This document shows positions 50,931 to 60,832 of a DNA stretch of 64,000 bases, piece after piece. Position 1 is the first letter of the stretch, and every line of letters starts with the position of its first letter. A program made the translations under genes and the position numbers. This DNA is from Thermoanaerobaculia bacterium (lineage in GTDB: Bacteria > Acidobacteriota > Thermoanaerobaculia > UBA5066), in assembly GCA_038245905.1 (NCBI GenBank), contig JBBRRY010000012.1:23322-87321 (forward strand). The letters are read 5' to 3'. Under the pieces are notes generated by a model that was not told where the DNA came from, made no database searches, and was given only the letters and a program-made list of their open reading frames with translations.

Positions 50931-51590
50931 ATGACAAATCTCAGAAACCGCCTTCCTGCCCTACTCCTCGCGCTCCTCGTGCTCCTGATCGGGCGCTCCC
51001 TGCATGCTGAGGATCGCCAAGGCGACACCGATGGCGCTGCGCCTTTCCGACCCATCCCCGACATTCAGCTGCTGTTCGAGTTCGTGGGGCAGGTGTCGAA
51101 CTTCACCCCGACGACCTCGACGCAGTACGGCTACTTCACGTATGTGCGAGGTGTCGACAACCCGTTCGCAGGCAGTCCCGCATCCGAGACCACCGCCCGG
51201 TTCACGTTTTTCCGGGAGGTGACGAACGTCCTCGTCGTGAACAACGGGACCATCCGGATGATCTCGCGCGAAGGGACGACGACGCTCTACATGAGCCCGG
51301 CGGGCGGCGCGGTCTTCTCGAGCCCTGACTCCTTCCGCGCCGGTACGCCCATCCAGACGTCCCACTCGCGTCAACAGGTCATCGTCGACACGTCGACCTC
51401 GGCGTTCACGGTGGTCAACTTCGAGACGGTCATCTCCGCGCCCCGCTTCACGCTCGACGGAAATGAAACCCGGATCGGCCGCGTCGGAGATGTCTACCGG
51501 ACGTCCAAGCAGGGCCACCTCGCGTCGCCGGCTCCGGCGGGCTATTTCAGCGGTTACTCGGTTGCCATCACCCCGGGCGCCGACGACTGA
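50931..51590 (+). CDS. Hypothetical secreted beta-rich protein
   Basis: Strong RBS AAGGAGG, signal peptide, and a Thr/Phe-rich mature part. Confidence 0.75.
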   Translation: MTNLRNRLPALLLALLVLLIGRSLHAEDRQGDTDGAAPFRPIPDIQLLFEFVGQVSNFTPTTSTQYGYFTYVRGVDNPFAGSPASETTARFTFFREVTNVLVVNNGTIRMISREGTTTLYMSPAGGAVFSSPDSFRAGTPIQTSHSRQQVIVDTSTSAFTVVNFETVISAPRFTLDGNETRIGRVGDVYRTSKQGHLASPAPAGYFSGYSVAITPGADD

Positions 51591-51592
51591 CG

Positions 51593-53989
51593 CTACGACG
51601 GGAGTCCGACGCGGCGGACGATCTCTTCGAAGCGCGGATCGCCGTAGAGCGGCTTCCAACGCCGATCCCTTCGTATCCAGACCAGCCAGTGCGTGCGCTC
51701 CTCGACGGCCTTGTCGAGCCAGGCAAACGCTTTGTCCTTGTCGCCCAGAGCCGTGTGTACGAGCGCCACGGCGTACGCGGTGACGTACTCCTTCTTCGAG
51801 AGCGTCTCAAGGTCGGCGAGGGCCTTGAGCGCTTCCGGGCGCCTTCCGAGAATGCCGTAAACGTACCCCACGGCTGCTATCGTGGGCACCCACTCCTTGA
51901 GAGGTCCCGTGGCCTCGTATTCCGTGATGGCCTTCTCGGAGAGCCCCTTCGCCTCGTAAACGCGTCCGAGGAAGAGGTGAGAGAGCGGGTCTCGGGGATT
52001 CATCTCCAGGGCCTTGTGGAGCTCCTCCTCCGCCCGATCCAGCTCGTCGGCGTAATAGAGCAGAAAGCCCATATCCGCCGCGATGGGGACGGAGAGCGGG
52101 TCGAGCTCCTTGCCACGCAGAATCTCGGCCTTCGCCTCGGGAAGGCGCCCGGTCGCGGTCAGGAAGTAGGCGTACCACTCGTGGGCCGTCGGGTATTTCG
52201 GGTTCAGCTCGATGGCCCGCTGGAACTCGCGCTCGGCTCCCGCCCAGTCCCAGTCGAAATAGAACTTGACGTAGCCGAGCGACGCATGCGGCTCGGCGAG
52301 CGAGGCATCCAGCTCGAGCGCTTTCTCGGCTGCCGCCCGCGCCTTGGGGAAGACCTCCTTGGGCGCAAGAAGGCTCGCATAGCCAAGCTGAGTGTACGAA
52401 TCGGCGATCCCCGCGTACGCTGCCGCGTAGGCCGGGTCGACGTCGAGCGCCGCCTGGAAGAACTCGATCGCCTTCTTGAGGTTGACGCCGCCGCGCTTGT
52501 TCCAGAAATACCGGCCCTTGACGTAGGCCTCGTAAGCCACCGGGTCCACCGGGCGCGCGCGCTCGAGCTGCGCCTCCTCGCCCGGGGTCAGCTCGAGCTT
52601 GATTGCCCTCGTGATGGCCTGCGACACGTCTCCCTGAAGAGCGATGACGTCGCGAAGTCGACGCTCGTACGTCTGACCCCAGAGGTGCTTCTCGGTTGCC
52701 GCATCGATGAGCTGCACAGTCAGGCGGACCTGCTCTCCCGTGCGCGTCACTGAACCTTCCACGACGGCATCGACGTTTAGCTCGCGCGCGATCTCCGGCA
52801 GCCGCTTCTTCGTCCCCTTGAACGTCATCGCGGTCGTCCGCGACGTCACCTGTATGGCGCCGACGCTCGCGAGCCTGGCGATCAGCTCCTCGGTCATCCC
52901 GTCTGCGAAGTACTCCTGGCTCGCGTCGCCGGAGAGGTTCTGGAACGGAAGCACCGCGATCGACCGGATCGCGGCGCCCTTTCGTCCATCCAGCAGACGC
53001 GTTCGGAGGCCGCCCACGTCGGTCGCGACGAGCATCACGGCGATCGCGGCAAGGACGAACGCCGCGATCGCACCCGCCCCAAGGCGCGGCCGCGACGCCA
53101 TCGCGGGCCTCGTGCCCGACGTCATCGCGGCGCCGCCGGCGGTTCCTCCGATTTCCTTGAGCGCATAGGTGAGGTCCCGCGCCGACTGGAATCTCTGCTC
53201 CGGGGCCTTCTCGAGGCAGCGCGTGAGGATGTGCGAAAGAGCCACGGGGATCGGAGGTCTGGTTTCCGATGGATCGGGAGGGGATTCCCGGAGGATTGCC
53301 GCCATCGAGTCCGCCGATGTCCGCCCGGGAAAGGCGCGGCGGCCGGTCACCATCTCGTAGAGGATCGATCCGAACGAGAAGATGTCGCTCCTCGCGTCGA
53401 CGGGAAAACCGCGCACCTGCTCGGGCGACATATACGCCGCGGTGCCCATCACGGTCCCCGCCCCGGTCTCGGTTGCGGTAGGCGCGGACGTCACCGCGGG
53501 GGCCGAATCCGTCTTCTCCAGCCGCGCGAGGCCAAAGTCGAGGATCTTCACGCGACCGTCACTCGTCAGGAAGACGTTTTCCGGCTTGAGGTCCCGGTGG
53601 ACGATCCCCTTGTCGTGCGCGGCCCCGAGGCCGTCCCCGATCGCAATCGCGATCTCGACCGCCTTGCGCCATGTAAGCGACTCGCGATCAAGGCGGCTCC
53701 GCAGCGTCTCGCCTTCCAGAAGCTCCGTGACCGAATACGACACGTCGCCCTCGGTTCCGAAGTCGTGAATGGCCAGGATGTTCGGATGGGACAACGCGGC
53801 GATCGCGCGCGCCTCGCGCTCGAAACGGCTGGCCGCGGAAGCATCCAGCGCGAGGTGCTCGCGCAGAACCTTGACGGCGACCTCGCGCCCGAGTCGCGTG
53901 TCATGCGCGCGGTAGACGGTCCCCATCCCACCCGAGCCGAGCTGCTCGATGACCTCATAAGGACCGAGGCGAGCGCCTGCGATCAACAA
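51593..53989 (-). CDS. Ser/Thr protein kinase with TM, TolB-N-like and TPR domains
   Basis: GSGGMG, VAVK, HRDLKPEN, DFG and YMSPE; SIAVLPFQNLS...YFADG; TPR repeats. Confidence 0.94.
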   Translation of the reverse strand: MLIAGARLGPYEVIEQLGSGGMGTVYRAHDTRLGREVAVKVLREHLALDASAASRFEREARAIAALSHPNILAIHDFGTEGDVSYSVTELLEGETLRSRLDRESLTWRKAVEIAIAIGDGLGAAHDKGIVHRDLKPENVFLTSDGRVKILDFGLARLEKTDSAPAVTSAPTATETGAGTVMGTAAYMSPEQVRGFPVDARSDIFSFGSILYEMVTGRRAFPGRTSADSMAAILRESPPDPSETRPPIPVALSHILTRCLEKAPEQRFQSARDLTYALKEIGGTAGGAAMTSGTRPAMASRPRLGAGAIAAFVLAAIAVMLVATDVGGLRTRLLDGRKGAAIRSIAVLPFQNLSGDASQEYFADGMTEELIARLASVGAIQVTSRTTAMTFKGTKKRLPEIARELNVDAVVEGSVTRTGEQVRLTVQLIDAATEKHLWGQTYERRLRDVIALQGDVSQAITRAIKLELTPGEEAQLERARPVDPVAYEAYVKGRYFWNKRGGVNLKKAIEFFQAALDVDPAYAAAYAGIADSYTQLGYASLLAPKEVFPKARAAAEKALELDASLAEPHASLGYVKFYFDWDWAGAEREFQRAIELNPKYPTAHEWYAYFLTATGRLPEAKAEILRGKELDPLSVPIAADMGFLLYYADELDRAEEELHKALEMNPRDPLSHLFLGRVYEAKGLSEKAITEYEATGPLKEWVPTIAAVGYVYGILGRRPEALKALADLETLSKKEYVTAYAVALVHTALGDKDKAFAWLDKAVEERTHWLVWIRRDRRWKPLYGDPRFEEIVRRVGLPS

Positions 53990-54098
53990 TTTGCTAATCC
54001 TGCAAGCATTCTATTCCATCGCGAATCTCGCGCATCGGCCGCAGTTGATGCATCTGCACGCATGAGACGCCGTCGCGACGGGTGTTAACCTCGCGCCC

Positions 54099-55526
54099 GT
54101 GAGCGCCATTCCGATCCGTCTCGGCGGCGAGACGCTCCCCATGACGACGGAGCTGCTCGAGAAATACAACGTCCAGGGTCCGCGCTACACGTCCTATCCG
54201 ACGGCGCCCGAGTGGACCGACCTGACGCCCGCCGACACCGAAGCCGTCTGCGCGCGCGCGAACGCGAAGCAGTCGCCGGTCTCCTTGTACGTCCACCTCC
54301 CCTTCTGCGACGAGCAGTGCTGGTTCTGCGGCTGCTTCATGAAGGTCGTCCCGAAGAGGGACCGCGCCGGCGAGGACCGCGAGGAGATCGAGCCCTACCT
54401 CGCGGACCTCCACCGCGAAATCGACGTCCTCGCCACGCGCATCGACCGCTCGCGCCCCGTGAAGCAGATCCACTGGGGCGGCGGCACCCCCACCTATCTC
54501 ACGCCGAAGCAGGCGGATCTCCTTGCGAAGCATCTGATCGACACGTTCCGGCCCGCCGCGGACGCAGAAGTCTCGGTCGAAGTGGACCCGCGTGTGACGT
54601 CCCGAGAACACCTCGCGGTTCTCAGGAGCCGCGGCTTCAACCGCGTGTCGATGGGCGTGCAGGACTTCGACCCCGAGGTGCAGGAGCTCGTGAACCGTGT
54701 CCAGCCGTACGACATGACGAAGGCCCTCGTCGACGCGGCGCGCGATCTCGGCTACGGCTCCGTGAACCTCGACATGATCTACGGTCTCCCCGGGCAGACG
54801 CGCGCGGGCTTCGAGAAGAGCGTCGAGCAGATTCTCTCGCTCAGGCCCGACCGCGTCGCCATGTACTCGTACGCGCACGTCCCGTGGCTCAAGCGGCCGC
54901 AGCGCGTCCTTGCCGCGCACCTTCCGGAGGGCACCGAGAAGTTCGCGATCTTCGTCTCGGGCATCGAGCGCTTCGTCGCGGCGGGCTACGTCTACATCGG
55001 CATGGACCACTTCGCGCTGCCTCACGACGAGATCGTGACGGCGCAGAAGGACCGTACGCTTCACCGCAACTTCCAGGGCTACACGACGCATGCCGGGTGC
55101 GACCTCTACGGGCTCGGCGTCTCGGCGATCGGCTCGATCGACGACATGTTCGTCCAGAACACGAAGGACTACGCCGCCTACCACGAGGCGACGACGCACG
55201 CGCGCTTCGCGACCGTGAAGGGCCACCGGCTGACGCCGGCCGATTTCCTGAGGTCGGACGTCATCTCGCGGCTCCTCTGCCACTGCGTCATCAACAAGCG
55301 GGAAATCGAGCGGGCCTGGGGGCTCGCCTCGTTCGACGAGACGTTCGCTTCGGCCGTGGCGCGGCTCCCCGAGTTCGTCCGCGACGGAATGGTCGCGCTG
55401 ACAACCGATGAAATCCGCGTGACGACCCTCGGACGGATTTTCATTCGGAACGTGGCGATGCTGTTCGACGAATACCTCGAGAAGAAGGCGGCGGACTCGC
55501 CAAAAATCTTCTCGCGCACGCTGTGA
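54099..55526 (+). CDS. hemN: Oxygen-independent coproporphyrinogen III oxidase (radical SAM)
   Basis: GPRYTSYPTA, YVHLPFCDEQCWFCGC, WGGGTP and HRNFQGY. Confidence 0.95.
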   Translation: MSAIPIRLGGETLPMTTELLEKYNVQGPRYTSYPTAPEWTDLTPADTEAVCARANAKQSPVSLYVHLPFCDEQCWFCGCFMKVVPKRDRAGEDREEIEPYLADLHREIDVLATRIDRSRPVKQIHWGGGTPTYLTPKQADLLAKHLIDTFRPAADAEVSVEVDPRVTSREHLAVLRSRGFNRVSMGVQDFDPEVQELVNRVQPYDMTKALVDAARDLGYGSVNLDMIYGLPGQTRAGFEKSVEQILSLRPDRVAMYSYAHVPWLKRPQRVLAAHLPEGTEKFAIFVSGIERFVAAGYVYIGMDHFALPHDEIVTAQKDRTLHRNFQGYTTHAGCDLYGLGVSAIGSIDDMFVQNTKDYAAYHEATTHARFATVKGHRLTPADFLRSDVISRLLCHCVINKREIERAWGLASFDETFASAVARLPEFVRDGMVALTTDEIRVTTLGRIFIRNVAMLFDEYLEKKAADSPKIFSRTL

Positions 55527-56512
55527 GCGGCCCGGATCGTCTTGGGGTTCTCCTCGTGCAGCTCGGCGGCCCAGCCTCGCGCGAGGAGCTGAAGCCCTTC
55601 CTCTACGAGCTCTTCGTGGATCCCGAGATTCTCGGCATTTCCTTCGTGCCCCTCCGCAAGCTCGTCGCCTGGCTCATCGCGACGGCGCGCGCGCCGAAGT
55701 CCGCCGCGACGTACGAGCGCATCAACTGGTCGCCGATCCGCCACTGGTCCGAGACGCAGGCCCGCCTCCTCGAGGCCGAATTGACGAAGCGGTCTCTCGG
55801 CGCCGCCCCCGCGCCTGTCGTCCGCGTCGGAATGACGTGCTCGTACCCCTTCGTCGAGGACGCGCTTTCGGATCTCCGCAAGGAAGGCGCGACGCGCCTC
55901 CTCGTCCTCCCCCTCTACCCGCAGTACTCCGTGACGACGACGCGCGGATCGAGGAGCCGGGTGACATCCGCCCTCCAGAAGATGGGCTGGAGCCCGGCGC
56001 GGACGAACGCGCCCGACGCGTGGTACGAGGAGCCGGGCTTCGTCGCGGCGCACGCGGACCTCATCCGGCGAGCCCACAGGGCGCTTCCGGACGCCGATCC
56101 CGCGAGGACTGTCATTCTCTATTCCGCGCATTCGCTGCCCGTGAAGACCGTCGTCTCGCAGAAAGACCCGTACCCGAAGCAGATCGAAGCGACCGTGAAG
56201 GCGATCGACGCGGCGCTCGGGAACCGCTTCCGCTCGCGCCTCGGCTACCAGTCGAAGGTCGGCCCGGTGGAATGGCTCGGACCGTCGACGCCTGAAGTCC
56301 TCCAGGACCTCGCGAAGGCAGGCGAGAAGCAGGTGCTCGTCGTGCCGATCGCGTTCGTGTCCGACCACGTCGAGACGCTCTACGAGATCCGGCTCCTCTT
56401 CGCGGGCGAGGCCGCGCGCCTCGGGATCCCCCACTACGCGGTCGCCGAGGGGCTCAACGACCACCCGGAGTTCATCCGGGCTCTCGCGGACGTCGTCGGC
56501 AAGGCGCATTAG
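55523..56512 (+). CDS. hemH: Ferrochelatase
   Basis: LGGP, LYPQYS, SAHSLP, QSKVGPVEWLGP and FVSDHVETLYE. Confidence 0.95.
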   Translation: MSGPDRLGVLLVQLGGPASREELKPFLYELFVDPEILGISFVPLRKLVAWLIATARAPKSAATYERINWSPIRHWSETQARLLEAELTKRSLGAAPAPVVRVGMTCSYPFVEDALSDLRKEGATRLLVLPLYPQYSVTTTRGSRSRVTSALQKMGWSPARTNAPDAWYEEPGFVAAHADLIRRAHRALPDADPARTVILYSAHSLPVKTVVSQKDPYPKQIEATVKAIDAALGNRFRSRLGYQSKVGPVEWLGPSTPEVLQDLAKAGEKQVLVVPIAFVSDHVETLYEIRLLFAGEAARLGIPHYAVAEGLNDHPEFIRALADVVGKAH

Positions 56513-56522
56513 AATCGCGGAC

Positions 56523-58307
56523 ATGAAGAACCGGCTGGGCCTCGCGGGCACGTTCGCGCTCGCGGCGCTCCTCGCGGGAGGCGCGTATCGCGCGGGCGCC
56601 CGGCTCCCGGAGCCTGGATTCGGCCGGAGAGACCTCGAGGAGCACGTCGAAGCTGCCGCCAAGCGCGCTCGCTTCGAGGCCGCCGCCCGGGCGCGCGCCC
56701 TGACCGGGGCCGTCCCGCCCTCGGTCGAGGGAACGGACCGCGGCCTCGACGTCCTGTCGTACGACATCTCCTTCGATGTCGACCCGGCGATCCGTTTCCT
56801 GTCGGGCACGACCGTGATCCGCGTCGCCGGCTTCGCGCCCCTGACGACCTCCCTCGCGCTCGACCTCGACGACGCGTTCGCCGCGTTGTCGGTCAGGCGC
56901 GACGGGCTCGACGTGACCGTGACCCACGCGGGCGGCAAGCTCGTGATTCCGTTCGTGCCGCCGCTCGGGGCCACGGACCGCGCGACGCTCTCCGTCTCCT
57001 ATCGCGGCATCCCTCCCGCCGCTTCCGCGCTCGACTTCCGGCTGCACCCGAGCGGATGGGCGGCGACGAGCGTGGCCGAGCCGTTTCTCGCCCGCACGTT
57101 CTGGCCCTGCGTGGACGACCCGAAGGACAAGGCCGTCGCCACCGTCCACGCGACCGTTCCGCCCGGCTACGTCATGGCATCCGCGGGCACGGTCTCCGTC
57201 GCCGACGCGGGCGGCGGCCGGACCACGCATACGTGGAAGCTCCCTCAGGCCATTTCGACGTATCTCGTCTCCTTGAACGTCGCAAACTACGTGACCGTCG
57301 AAGATACCTATACCGCCCTCGACGGACGGAAGATGCCGATCCGCTCGTACCTCCTTCGCGAGAACGCGGCCGAGAACGCGCCGCGGCTTTCCGAGATCAA
57401 GAACCACATCGCGGTCCTCGCGTCACTTTACGGCGAGTATCCGTTCGTCGACACGAAGTACGGGATCGTCTCGTCGTCTTTCTCGGGCGGGATGGAACAT
57501 CCGACGCTTACGTCGATCGGCGAGAACATCCTGTCGGACACCGCGCGCAACATCACGCTCCTCCTCGTGCACGAGCTGTCTCACCAGTGGTGGGGCGACC
57601 GGGTCACGATGCGGACGTGGGACGACATCTGGCTGAACGAGGGTTTCGCGACGTACAGCGAGGTCCTCTACCTCGAGAAGGCGCAGGGCCAGAGCCCTGG
57701 AGCCACGCTTCGCGTGTCGTATGACGACGGTCTTTACGGCGGGCGCCTCGCGCAGGCGGTCGTCGCCGATCCCGCGGACCCCTTCAAGTACACGGGCGCC
57801 GTCTACAACAAGGGCGGCTACTTCCTTCACATGCTGCGCCGCCTCGTCGGCGACGACGCGTTCTTCAGTGCGCTGCGTGCGTATGGCGACGCTCACGCCT
57901 GGGGCACGGCGACGCGAGGCGAGCTGCGCGCGCTCTTCGAGCAACGGACGGGCCTCGACCTCAAGCAGTTCTTCGACCAGTGGCTCGAAACGCAGTTCCG
58001 TCCGACGTTCCGGGCGACGTACCGAACGGCGATCGACGCCTCGACGGTGACGCTGACCGTCACGCAGACGCAGGGCCATACCGTCGCCCATCCCGTCCGC
58101 GGGCCGAACGACAAGCCGTTCTACGTCTTCCCGCTCCCGGTCCGCATCACGTTCGTCGACGGCACGGCGTCCGACGTGACGCTCCTCCCCACGGGCGTCA
58201 CGACGACCGTCACCGTGCCAAATCCCACCAGGAAGTTCGTCGCCGGGATCGCGCTCGACCCCGGCCAGGACGTCCTCAAGATCGTAGAGTCGACCGGGCC
58301 GGGCTGA
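56523..58307 (+). CDS. M1-family aminopeptidase, secreted
   Basis: GGMEH, HELSHQWWG...WLNEGFA and YNKG. Confidence 0.92.
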   Translation: MKNRLGLAGTFALAALLAGGAYRAGARLPEPGFGRRDLEEHVEAAAKRARFEAAARARALTGAVPPSVEGTDRGLDVLSYDISFDVDPAIRFLSGTTVIRVAGFAPLTTSLALDLDDAFAALSVRRDGLDVTVTHAGGKLVIPFVPPLGATDRATLSVSYRGIPPAASALDFRLHPSGWAATSVAEPFLARTFWPCVDDPKDKAVATVHATVPPGYVMASAGTVSVADAGGGRTTHTWKLPQAISTYLVSLNVANYVTVEDTYTALDGRKMPIRSYLLRENAAENAPRLSEIKNHIAVLASLYGEYPFVDTKYGIVSSSFSGGMEHPTLTSIGENILSDTARNITLLLVHELSHQWWGDRVTMRTWDDIWLNEGFATYSEVLYLEKAQGQSPGATLRVSYDDGLYGGRLAQAVVADPADPFKYTGAVYNKGGYFLHMLRRLVGDDAFFSALRAYGDAHAWGTATRGELRALFEQRTGLDLKQFFDQWLETQFRPTFRATYRTAIDASTVTLTVTQTQGHTVAHPVRGPNDKPFYVFPLPVRITFVDGTASDVTLLPTGVTTTVTVPNPTRKFVAGIALDPGQDVLKIVESTGPG

Positions 58308-58313
58308 GATGAG

Positions 58314-60362
58314 TCAGGGCATCTCGAACCCGTAGAAGTACTTTTCGAACCACGGCTTCCAGTCTTTCTGCGTCGCGGCGCTCAGAAAACTCACGAATTC
58401 GTCCGTCGTGACGGCCGGCTGAGCGCGGCGGGCCTGGAGGAAAGACCTTAGTACGGCGAAGAACTTCTCCTCTCCGACCTCCCTTCGCAGGGCCGAGAGG
58501 AGCAACGCGCCTCTGAAAGACAGGAGCTGGGCGCGCGTGCGATAAATCGTGAAGGCTTGCGGAGACGTCACTCCGGCAGTGAGGTCTTTCGCCAGCGACA
58601 CGGGCGCCATCGGGGCTGCGTCTGCGCTCTCCTTTCGCCAGGCCGCCTCGATGCGCTGCGCTTCCTCTGCGCCTTTCAAGACGCCCATGGCGCGCGCCGC
58701 AGCGAGCTCCGCGAAGGCTTCGTCCATCCACTGGTTCGAGGCGTCGGCGGCCCAGACGACTTGACTCCACCAGGCCTGCGCGATTTCGTGCGCGAATCGC
58801 CCGTCCGTCCCGCCCGGGAAGAATTCCACCGGGACCTTGTCGCTCGGGCCGAAAGCGTTCGCGGCGATGCGCGTCATTGCCGGCGAAATGCCCCCGAAAT
58901 CGCCCGTGGCAGCGACCTCGTAGGCGGTGAACTCCTTCCACGGGAAGCGCCCGAACCACCCTCTTCTAGGCGCCGCAAGCGATGAAAGAGAGCGGCCAGA
59001 CGCTGGAACCCTTCGTCCGACGCGGGCGTCGAACTCGCCAGCCGGAACGTCACGCCGTCGCGAGTGTCTTCCCGAACAACGAATCTCGCCGCCACGGCGC
59101 TCGCGAATCGCACGGGCGACGTCAGCCGCGTCTCGACGACGTTCCATTCCCCATCCTCGCTCCGGCGGACGGCCTCGCCCGAAGCGAGCGGAAGGAGCGG
59201 CTTTTTCGCGCGGACCGTGACACGCCCGGTGTACCGCGAGCCCGCGAAGAGCGCGCGGGGCATCGGCTGCGGATACCACGCACCTCCCGGAAAAAGCTCC
59301 CAGGAATCGGCGCGCCGGAAGAGGCAGGCTTCGTAGCGGAGCCGGATCTTGGTCTTGGCGCCACGCGGCCGTGGCGTCGGGAAGAAGACCGTGAGCACGT
59401 CCTTTTCGAAGGAGAACTGCAGGGGCGTGCCGTCCGAAAGCTCGATGGCCGAAAGGCGCGTGAGCGCGCGCTCTCCCTTCGAATTCGTGCGGCCCGAGAA
59501 GAACCGGAATGCGGCGGCCGCGAGCGGCTCGAGAGGGCGGAGCGTCTCCTCGACCTCGAAGGAGCCCCATTCCCCGTCCCTTTCGCGAACGTCCAGAACG
59601 ATGGCGACAAGGTCAAACGCGAGTCGCGGCCTGGCGCGCGGACCACCCTCGACGTTCCGACGTCCCGCCGTTCGAACTAGCCGCGCGTCGGGAAACCCCT
59701 GCAAGGGTCCGGGCGGCTTCTCGACGACGTACAGGGTCTCGTCGAACGCGAGCGCTTCGTCCACGGAGTGCCGAATGTCCTTTGTCGACTGTATGAGGGC
59801 CTCGAAGTACCGCCCGCGCTTACCCGCGGCGGCGAGACCGATTTCCGGCGCCGGCAACTGATCGTCCTCGAAGCGTCGGCGATAGGCCTCGAGATCGACC
59901 TCGGGAAGCGAGGCTCCTTCAACCATCCTCGGAACATCCGGCCCGGCCGCTCCCGAGAACATAAAAAACGTGCGCTCAAACCCTGCGAGAAGAGCGCCCC
60001 CCGGGCCGGTCTCGAAGCCGCCAATCCGCTCGGCGTTCCCTCGAAAGACGCGATCCGCCACTGGATCGCCCGCGGACCAGGACAGCGTGGCTCTTCCCTC
60101 GAAGTAGAATCCGACGGGCCGGCCCTCGCTCGAAGAGATCTCCCACAGTCGCCCCGACGAGAAGCGGTACGTGCCCCCGCCCCACACGAAGACCTGGCCC
60201 GCCGCGTCGACCGTGCGCCCCGTCAGGCGCTGGCCGCGGAAGGCCGCAACAGGATCGACGCGCGCCGTGACGGCGGCGACGACGGTGGGCATGGGCGGGC
60301 GGCTGCTGCACGGACGCAATGATCGGGCACACGAAGGACAGGACGGCAAGAGCGAGTTTCAT
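58314..60362 (-). pseudogene. Frameshifted M1-fold (aminopeptidase-like) gene lacking the second zinc His
   Basis: The signal-peptide ATG at 60362, the body ORF 58874-60349 and the C-terminal ORF (WFGRFPW, AHEIAQAWW, WMDEAFAE) require frame changes near 60300 and 58960. Confidence 0.7.
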
Positions 60363-60554
60363 GATTCCAATGTAGCGCCCACGGTTCGCGAGGCGCAAGG
60401 AGGCTTCACGCGGGCCGGGAAAATGATCCGCTAACCCGTCGCGGCGACGCATTCAGCGTTTCCGTCGGCTCGTCTCGGCGCCCTCCGGACCGACGACTAA
60501 GGCAACCTGCTCACGGGTGATGCGGTGGTGAGGGTGCACGCCTAGAATGAGGTC

Positions 60555-60820
60555 GTGAGCGCTCCGCATCTTCCGACGCCCGGCGAGAACCTCAGGCTGA
60601 CGTTCGAGTTGGTCGAATTCGCGGAGGCCATGCTTCGTCAGCGTCTCCGGCGCGATCATCCCGGAGTTTCCGAGGGGATATCGACGTAATGGTCGGCTTC
60701 TGGTACGCAGAACGACCGGGAGCCGAGCTCGGTGATGCCAAGGGTGTTCCGGGCACTTGGCCTCGTCGCCGGGGACGGCCGCAGGACGACATGGACCTGC
60801 GGCGCCTCCTCAAAGCCGCA
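60555..60820 (+). pseudogene. Relic of a MenA1/MenT1-like (Rv0078B/Rv0078A-like) toxin-antitoxin pair
   Basis: Manual translation LRLTFELVEFAEAMLRQRLRRDHP, frameshift near 60675, then DIDVMVGFWYAERPGAELGD fused to RPQDDMDLRRLLKAA. Confidence 0.6.
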
Positions 60821-60832
60821 CGCCAGTGTCAA

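Noticed and set aside
54099-55526. Radical SAM enzyme as a RiPP maturase for the Cys-rich peptide
   Set aside because: It has canonical HemN motifs (GPRYTSYPT, HRNFQGY), is coupled to ferrochelatase and lies more than 7 kb away.
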